From positions 360,034,001-360,098,000 of the forward strand of contig OZ024743.1 of NCBI GenBank assembly GCA_964016885.1: 64,000 nt of DNA, in the 5' to 3' direction. Position numbers and translations under genes: made by a program. This document shows, one piece after another, positions 55,139-64,000 of this stretch (position 1 is its first letter; the number at the start of each line of letters is the position of its first letter). Source of the DNA: Eledone cirrhosa (taxonomy: Eukaryota). The notes under the pieces were generated by a model. It had not been told where the DNA came from. It was given only the letters and a program-made list of their open reading frames with translations, and ran no database searches.

Positions 55139-55325
55139 GTGGATTGGCAGTATCGATAGAGGGTAGGACGCCATGCTTTACAGCATAGAGTTACGGCCCT
55201 TTACGGTCTGAGTTCAAATCCCGCGAGCTTGACTTGCCTTTCATCCTTACGTGGTCTATAACATAAAGCAGCAGTAATGCACTGGGGTAATTGCTGGCCT
55301 TGTGCCAAAAGCAAAAACAGTTATT
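55139..55325 (+). mobile_element. tRNA-derived SINE
   Basis: 921 family. Confidence 0.88.
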
Positions 55326-55982
55326 GATAGCATAGCAATATACTGTCATTTACTCAATGGTTTGGATGTTCGTTTACTGATCGTGATACTGTGAATTTAA
55401 TTCCCAGCAAAACAGTCTGTAGTTGGGCTCCAGTCCACTCAGCTAAGTTACAAATGTGTCTCGCAGAATTATCATACGAAACATGTTAAGCGTGCATATG
55501 CATATGGAATCCCCAGCCACCTGCATATAATTTAACGGACTGGGTGTTCCGTTGTTTAAACAATTAGAACACATATTGTTACATATTACAAAATACAATG
55601 TGCTAAGTCTGGGACTTTGAATGACAGGTGCAATCAATCTAACGGTTTCCGTCTCTCGAGTTTCATCCAAAAATAAATGAAGGCAAGTGTCCAAGACACC
55701 ACGTAGTAGGTATCACATTCAGGAGCACATATTTACGAAGCTACATTCTTAACAACTCAGCTATATCTTCATAGTATTCGGTAATAACAAGGAACATTTA
55801 TTTCACACATTAAGAGTCGTAACATTCTAATCTAATAGGTCACTAAAATGTGAACGTACTAGAATTACAATTTTCGATTCTATCGTTCAAGTTACTGCTT
55901 CTGGTCTGAATCATTTGTGTAAGCGCCTCTATATTTAATATTTAAGCAGTTTTTCAGATACAGAAACTGATGTTCAATATAA

Positions 55983-56050
55983 TACACACACACACATACA
56001 CACACACGCATACACACACACACACACACATGCACACACACACACACACA

Positions 56051-56140
<90 letters not shown>
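55983..56140. repeat. (CA)n(TA)n microsatellite
   Basis: Direct read. Confidence 0.97.
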
Positions 56141-56143
<3 letters not shown>

Positions 56144-56419
56144 GAATAAAGTGACAAAAGGCCTGAAAGTTGATATTCCTTTAAAGTATTTATTTCTGCA
56201 GACACTATATATATTTCAATGGTCAGTAGGGAGATTTTCATGCTTAAGCTTAGAGCCCGATAGTTTGGACCACATTCCTCGAGTGCTTGGAAATGATAAA
56301 ATATTGCTCATTCTCTATTAATGATATATTCGGAGTCGGTGGTGGATTTCCAGACCCGCTCCGAGCATAAGGTCACCACCGAGGTTTGTTTGGAATCCTT
56401 AACCACGCTTCATTCTGTA

Positions 56420-57733
56420 TATTACAACATGAAATCTTCTCAGGCTTTTACACTCTTACGGATGGCCTCTGCTTCTGCCATGACGTGCTTGGACTGTTTG
56501 ACGTTATTGGGGTGCCGTTTGTGCCCAAGGAGTGGCGGCTATTTATAGACAGCTCCATCACAAATTTGAAGGCTGTCCTCCTCCACAATGGAAACAATTT
56601 CCCGACACTGCCCCTAGCTCATTCAGTCTGCCTGAAGGAAGATTACTACAGTGTGAACATCATCTTGGAAGCTCTGCAATACAACCAGTACAATTGGGAA
56701 ATCATGGGAGACTTCAAGATGGTGGCTTTCCTGCTTGGACTCCAAGGAGGCTTTATCAAATTCCAATACTTCCTCTGCCTTTGGGAGAGCAGAGCCACCT
56801 CTGACCACTACAAAAGAAAGAACTGGGAGCAACGAACGGAATTTGTAGTTGGGACCCGGAACGTCATGTGAGAGCCACTGGTTGATCCCAGGATTGTGCT
56901 CATGCCGCCACTACACATTAAGTAGGGGTTGATAAAGCAATTTGTGAAGGCTCTCAACCAAGGATCAGCCGATTTTAAGTACCTTCTTGAGTTCTTCCTC
57001 AAGTTATCTGAAGCCAAATTCAAAGGTGGAATTTTTGTTGGACCTCAGATAAAGAAGGTGTTTGAGTCTACCGAGTTCTCCAATAAGCTCAATAGGATTG
57101 AGAGAAAAACATGGAACTGTTTCAAGGCAGATGTTAAGGGCTTCCTGGGCAACTACACAGCTGAAAACTACCAGCAACTGGAGCAGGATCTGGTAAAGGC
57201 TTTTGGCGCCATGGGATGCAGGATGTCGCATAGACTCCATATGCTGGACGCTCACCTGGAAAGTGTTAAGGACAATTTGGGCGCCTACTCAGAAGAACAA
57301 GGCGAACGATTCCACCAAGATGTGAAAGAGATAGCGCGGAGGTAACAGGGCCACTACAATGAAAACATGATGGGGGACTATATCTGAGGGCTAGTATGGG
57401 AATGCGACCTGGACTACAACCGCAAATCCGGGAAATCCAGTCATTTCTGACGTGTATAAGTTACTTTATAAGTGTTATTTGTTTTTACTTGTTTGCTTTT
57501 GATAAGCTTATGTAATAAAATAAATATATACTCTGTTGATTTAATTATATGAACTGATAAATTAAAAAAAAATGTGTTTTCTCATGAAAAATACGAAAAT
57601 TTCAAAATATTAAACTCATGACCACAAACCCAAACTTCTGATTAAATAACAGTGTTTTTTTTTATAATAATGGGATATAACAAACCATGAAAAGACACTT
57701 AGAACCGGGGAACAAAAAATATGTTACACAATG
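56420..57733 (+). mobile_element. Chapaev-like (CMC group) DNA transposon, 5'-truncated transposase pseudogene with right TIR
   Basis: EWRLFIDSS..LKAVLLHNGN, GDFKMVAFLLGLQGG, FLCLWESRA, PPLHIK*GLIKQFVKAL, GIFVGPQI, SEEQGERFHQD; ORF ends at 57450; TIR GGAACAAAAAATATGTTACACAATG. Confidence 0.85.
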
Positions 57734-57744
57734 TTATTGCACAC

Positions 57745-59321
57745 GTTTACGTAGTAATAGAGGCAAGAAACATAACGCCAATAGATTACTAGGAACCCCT
57801 ATTATATGCACATGACCAAAACGCACCCACACAACCACCTAACCACAAAAACCACAATAAACACCGTAAAGCCCAAAGTAGACCTGTCACATTGTACGTG
57901 TATTCTATACACGTTGCCACCAATATACCGGGAACCTTCTTCAGGGCTCTTGAACAATCCTTTCCACACATACATAAATACCACAAGCTCTTGAATAGAT
58001 ACACCGTAAAATTCTCTTTCTCCACAGCACCAAATCAAGGCCACACAATAGCACACACCAATAGGACAAAAATACGCAAACACAAGGTTGCCCCACAACA
58101 AACCACTACCACAACCCAGAACGAAACCACATACACAACGCAACACAACAACCCACATGCCAGCTCCACACAGCATTCCACCAACCGACAACGTGCCACC
58201 ACACCGGTAACACCCAATTGCAACTGCAAAAAATGGGTAGAATGCCCACTAAACGTTAAAAACATTATTTACCGGTGTGATGTCACAGCTGGCAATAAAG
58301 AGTACTCCTATATAGGTGCGACCTCCACTACGTTGATCCTTTAAACATAGGCTGAAACGATCACAAACTAGACTGGCCGATTTGATCTGGGACCTCAAGG
58401 ACAGGAACATCGAATTCCAGAACATATGGTCAGTAAAAAACTCCCCAGTGACAGAAACCACTGCAGGTTATGCCTGGCCGAGGCGGCTGAGATAATTAAA
58501 TTAAAATCTGCCATAAACTCTAGGTCTGACATAATTATAAATTGTAGACACACCAGGTTGAACACCTTCTCTGCACACTAACCATGAGTCAACATAATAA
58601 TAACTACCTTTGCCTTGTCTCACCGTCCCTCATCTCAGTGCATTTGTTTTATAACATGTAACACTTTGTAAGTCCAGATTTTGTATATATCATACCGCAT
58701 CCATCACCCCCACCAAAAGACACATCGCCATACACCCCTCCTCTTAGTAACATTGTGTTCTATCTGCCCTCTCTGTCAGGTTTAATCTTGTAAACCATAG
58801 TAGCATCCGATCTTGTAAATATAATGTCGAACATATCACCCCATCGCCACCACCACCACCACCAACGCCACCACACACATCGCTATATGTCTACCATCCC
58901 ACTTCCACAACCTTGTTTCCCCATCTTCCCTCTGTTCCTTTTTTTAACCTACAATGCTTCGTAAAATTCGATCCTGTAAATATACTGTCGCACAGACCAC
59001 CACCGCCACCACTAGATACAACTCCATACTTCAACAATCATTAACATCATTAACATCACCAACACAAATCATCCCTCCCTCCCAGAACCACTGCGTTGTA
59101 TCTGTCCTCTCTGTCAGCTTTACCTTGTAAACCACCGTAACATCTGATCATGTAAATATATTGTTGAACATATCACCCCATCGCCACCACCACCACCACC
59201 ACCACCATCTTACACATCGCAAGTGTGTTGTGTCTGTGTGTAAGTATATTTATATGTACAACGCCATCTCCATTGGCCCTTTCCCTCCCGTTATCTATGT
59301 ACTAAGCCATCTCCACTGACA

Positions 59322-59390
<69 letters not shown>

Positions 59391-59933
59391 TATATATACA
59401 TATATATATATACGCATGTGTATGTATTCAACGTTTTGTCAGACTAAGTGTGTCTAGGTATGTATCTCCTCATTCTATTTGACACCACCAAAACATCCAC
59501 CACACCACCATAAACACCATAACCATAAACAACAACACAACACCCACGCCACACACAATATTCAGCCACAAATATACGCCGATCTGTCTACCGACAATCC
59601 ACCACCCCTACACTACAGCCCATCTCAGCCTGCGACCGTCACCACCAACATATCATCACATCGACCCTCCACATGCACTACAGGCGAAAACATCCCTATG
59701 TTCTACACCACCAATAAAAACAATCCTTATTGACCAACACATGAACTTCTGACTTTATCATCTAGTATGTATTCATTTTCTACTAGCATTTTAAGGGGTC
59801 CGTCCACATGCAGATTACAGAGTCGGGTAAGATCGATACAGATCGAACCTTGAGCTGATCAGTGGCGAAACGCGCGTCACCAACCAATAAATGTAATGAA
59901 GGAGTAACCAATCGGCCTTCCTTGTTCTCTTTT

Positions 59934-59935
<2 letters not shown>
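57745..59935 (+). mobile_element. PLE 3' portion: linker plus GIY-YIG remnant, long 3' UTR, HHR-like motif
   Basis: FFRALEQSFPHIHKYHKLLNR, CNCKKWVECPLN, IIYRCDV..YSYIGATS, CRLCLAE. Confidence 0.85.
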
Positions 59936-59983
<48 letters not shown>

Positions 59984-59984
59984 T

Positions 59985-60434
59985 AAAAGAGAAAACACAG
60001 GTAGGCATTAAGAGAAGGATTTTATCCAGGTATTTACGACCGTTTCATTGGTAAGTGCAACCTTATATTGCTATACTGCAAATAGCAGCCACTCAATTAT
60101 AATTGTTGTTCACAGTCCAAATTTTCAAAATAGTGAGTAAGTTACTCTTGAAATAATTCTTAATATATAGAGAAAAACATTTATTTGGAATTGTATTTGC
60201 TAGTATAGAGAGAGAGAGGAATCAGAAGGTGAGGGGACAAACGGAATAGTGTAGAGAGAGAGAGGAAGGGGGAAGAGGTAGGAAGTAGAGTGACAAACTG
60301 AGATGGAGGGAGGGGTAGAGGTGGAAGGATAGCAGACTTCATGTCGTGGAATGTAGTGAGTTAAAGAGAATTAAATTGATCATAGTGGGCGGGATGGATA
60401 GAGAGGGAGAGAGAGAGGGGGGAGTTATAAAGAG

Positions 60435-60509
<75 letters not shown>

Positions 60510-61290
60510 AAATAAAGATAAAGATAATAATGACAAAAATAAAAGCAAAGAAGGGGGTGAGAAAGAAGAAAAGAAAAGAAAACATAGCCAAGAAGGGGAG
60601 GGAAGGAAGGAAGAAAACGAAGAAATAGAAGAGGAATGAGGGAGAAGGGGGGGGATATATGTATTGGTTTTGTGGGTAATTAAAAGGGTTTAGATACAAC
60701 AAGAGGGTATAAAGTCTCAGTATATGCAGTTTGTCAGTTGGTAGTAAGAGTTTAAGGGTTCGATTTGTAGTGCTAACACTTCTCTTTGAGTCTATGGTTA
60801 CAATAAATTGATCTTTCGATTTTATTGTTGAGTAACTTATTCTTCGAACTCAAGAGGAGGAACAGCTCAAGGTCACATAATCGCCAGCTTCTCATACCAC
60901 TCCGATATGGGGGCGCGTTCGATAATTTTTTCCCTTCAGGGTGTATTGATGGTTACTTTCCCTCAGTTGCCAGGTCTTGTTTGCAAGGGTAGTTACATAA
61001 CGATGCTGGGAATGTTTCATTGCGTAACAGTGTGTATACCAACGGGCTTTAAATGATTCCCAGTAGCGACTGAAAAACTGCATATACTTAGACTTTATAC
61101 CCTCTTGTTGTATCTAAACCCTTTTAATTACCCACAAAACCAATACATATATCCCCCTCTTCTCCCTCATTCCTCTTCTATTTCTTCGTTTTCTTCCTTC
61201 CCTCCCCTTCTTGCCTATCTTTTCTTTTCTTCTTTCTCACCCCCTTCTTTGCTTTTATTTTTGTCATTATCTTTATCTTTATTTTTTTCA
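59985..61290 (-). mobile_element. PLE 3' fragment (GIY-YIG end 61075-60770) with a 5' inversion (arms 60507-60737 / 61070-61288)
   Basis: SFKARWYTH..TTLANKTWQLR, PYRSGMRSWRLCDLE..LLNNKIE..CNHR. Confidence 0.8.
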
Positions 61291-61334
61291 TATATATATA
61301 TTTTTTCATATATATATATTTATCTCTATAAAAT

Positions 61335-62893
61335 ATTAACTATAACATCTCTTGGAGGAAGGTGTGTTCTGCCTTTCCTTACCTGATTTCTTCCCTATCC
61401 AGAACATGTAATCTCTGCCTAGCCGAGAGATTTACGATTATATCTAATTTCAATTCTCTAATAAACAGACGCACGGATTTATTTTCTCTCTGCTTGCATA
61501 AATTCCACAGAACATTCCATAAAGTATACAGCTAATATCTCAATACCTTACTAGTTTAAAATCCTTTTTCTCTAAGGCTTATATATCTTTTACAAATATA
61601 CCCATCTTTCTACCTTATTTCAATATTATATATTATATAATACAATTTACTCATTCTATATCATTCTCTTTATCATTTTCCTTTCTTCCTTTTTTCTTTT
61701 TAATGTCTAACCTCTAATCTGTACTTTTTCTTCCCAACTACTTCTTAATTCTTATTATTACTCACCACAACATTATCCATTCTTCCTTCTTTCCTCATAT
61801 CATTGGCCATAAGAATTATTTTTTTAAATACATTATAGTATTACCATTAGAAGTCCTTCGTAAACATATTTTGACGTTAGATTTTTTTCTTCCTTAAATT
61901 GTTCGTATCTCCTCCATCCTTTCATGCTCGTTTTAAACTACTACTTAATTTGACATTTTACAGATTACAATACATAAAAACAAACTTAAACCCTAACTGA
62001 TTTTTTTAAATATATTATATTATTACCATGAGAAAATATTTCGTAAACATATATACTTTTTGATGTTAGATATTTTCTTCCTTAAACATTATTTTCTTCT
62101 TTCCTTCCGCGCTCATTTTAAACAAACTATTTACGTACACATATTACATTACATAAAAACAAACTTAAACCCTAACTAATTCCTCTAAATTCATAACTCA
62201 TTCATTCTTCTCCTTCTTTTCACATTATATCCTTAATAACATTAATATTTTTATTTTAATAATACATATTAATAAATTATTTTCCTCGCACGTATTATTA
62301 AACCATTCAATATACAAACCTTAATTTAATACTATTCTTAATTCATTTTTCTTCATGCATAAACCTCATTAACTTTTAATTTCAAAATGTTTTAAATTAT
62401 CTATTATCTTCCAACAGCTTTTTAATTTCTCTCTGTGAGACAATATATATTTTTTCTCAGTTGTAAAGGCTATCTCTCTCTCCCTCCCTCTCTCTATCAC
62501 CCATCTCTCCTTCTCTCTCATCCTTCCTTCTTATACTCCTCCCCCACCATCTTTTACTCTCATTTCTTCCTCTTCCTTACCTTTTCCAACCCTCCCTCAC
62601 GTTTTCCCAATCTCATACATCAATCTTAATTTATTTTTCATATGTTGATTTAAAACTTCACTATTCACAAGTGTTTTTTAAGCTTCATATCATGTATCCC
62701 TATTTTATCTGATGAGAACGCAGATACCATCCCATGATGATATTTGTTCTTGAAATGCGCATAATAAAATACTTGGAACTCTTTTAACCATCTTTTGATC
62801 TTATATTATTTATACTCCAGTCCTACAAACTGTAGAGTGCTACTTATCCGATATTTGCATTGATTTATTGTGCTACAATAAAACTCACCTCCT

Positions 62894-62895
<2 letters not shown>
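61335..62895 (+). mobile_element. PLE endonuclease C-terminus plus long 3' UTR/pLTR
   Basis: YNISWRKV..RTCNLCLAERFTII..LINRRTD..CLHK; HHR at 62701; ends at (TA)n. Confidence 0.8.
62701..62771 (+). ncRNA. Type-I hammerhead motif
   Basis: tattttat-CTGATGA-gaac..gttc-tt-GAAA-T(gcgc)ATA-ataaaata; perfect 8-bp stem I, palindrome ATGCGCAT. Confidence 0.8.
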
Positions 62896-62988
<93 letters not shown>

Positions 62989-62991
<3 letters not shown>

Positions 62992-63417
62992 TTGCGAGGT
63001 TTTTGATATGAAATCAAAACACAGTCACCCAAACGCGAACACACACCAAACACTATACACACGTTAGCGTATGCATGCGCAGAGAAGAAGACAAACATAA
63101 ATAAATAAATAAACAGATAAAATAAAAATGGCGGTGAAACACAATACAACAGGAGGAACATAATAGTACAACTGCTGATGTTGCAGATGTGCAACGAAAG
63201 AACTTTGTTAGACTATATATATGTGTGTATATATAGTCTAACAAAGTTCTTTCTGTATATATCTATATTATATCTGTATTTTTGACCATTGGTCAGTCAA
63301 TGGTAAACTGTGGAGATATAAAAGATACAGAAGCGAAAACTAATCAAACACTGAATGTGTTCTGTTATTATTTCTGGCAATATTATTACAAAAATATGGC
63401 CCTCTCCAAGTATAACA
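62989..63417 (-). mobile_element. Possible solo-LTR-like repeat in (TA)n
   Basis: TG..CA ends; the terminus resembles 10600-10628. Confidence 0.35.
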
Positions 63418-64000
63418 ATATATATATATATACATGCAAAGTTTAAAGTACACAACAAAAAATAAATTTTAGATATAGATATATGTTTTGTTTTTATAAA
63501 TAGTCGTAATTATTTAAATAGTTTTTGTGTTCAACTGTTTTCACTGAGTAGTTTCTCAAACCTTTCGTTTAATTTTTTACGTGGTGCTATAAGCTATGTT
63601 GAATATTTTGCCCTCTACCTGCCGCTTATATTTTGGCTAAAAGAAGCGATGCAACTGGTCGTATCGTTGTTGCTTATGTCAACGAAAATACAACCCATGA
63701 CAAAGAATGTAGCTCTGGTTTGAGTAAGTATTAAAGATTATATGTATAATTAATTGCAGTTCGATTTAAATCAACTAATAAAAAATCTTCCTTTGCTGAC
63801 TTATCCGTTCTTCCTCGTCGCCTAACTGCACTGATAGAATGGAAAAACATCGAAATCTAGCAAAGTTTCTTCTCCGCAATCCTCTAAATATTGGCTATGA
63901 GGGATCTTTCTGGTTTCCGAAACCTTGATATTTTTACGGAAAATGTCAACCTTGCTGGGATTATCAGTCCTGTTTGACACCTATAGTGTTCATGGCCAAC

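Noticed and set aside
56386-57345. Possible domesticated or RAG1-like gene
   Set aside because: In-frame stops, 5' truncation and a TIR indicate a dead transposon; the first residues of the ORF come from an unrelated PLE-like fragment

Overview
AT-rich, repeat-saturated eukaryotic DNA, most likely a cephalopod and probably an octopod (inferred from the SINE families, the Penelope/RTE content and the very long (TA)n tracts). I find no intact host gene, and most long ORFs in the track are microsatellite artefacts. The window is a mosaic of decayed mobile elements: many Penelope-like elements (PLEs; RT and GIY-YIG remnants, pseudo-LTRs, 5' inversions), CR1-, Tx1/L1- and RTE-clade LINE fragments, short internally deleted RTE derivatives, tRNA-derived SINEs, Helitrons, a nested hAT (Buster/Charlie-like) transposon and a Chapaev-like transposase. 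The most notable signal is about 10 sequence-distinct families of type-I hammerhead ribozyme (HHR) motifs, read by eye, in PLE termini. Several have non-canonical cores (CAGAAGA, CCGAAGA, CCGUCGA with a long stem II). Some sit in tiny non-coding tandem-HHR units of about 290 and 414 nt that resemble retrozymes, and many lie in fold-back inverted repeats inside (TA)n tracts. Coordinates of degraded elements are approximate, and no ribozyme activity has been tested.
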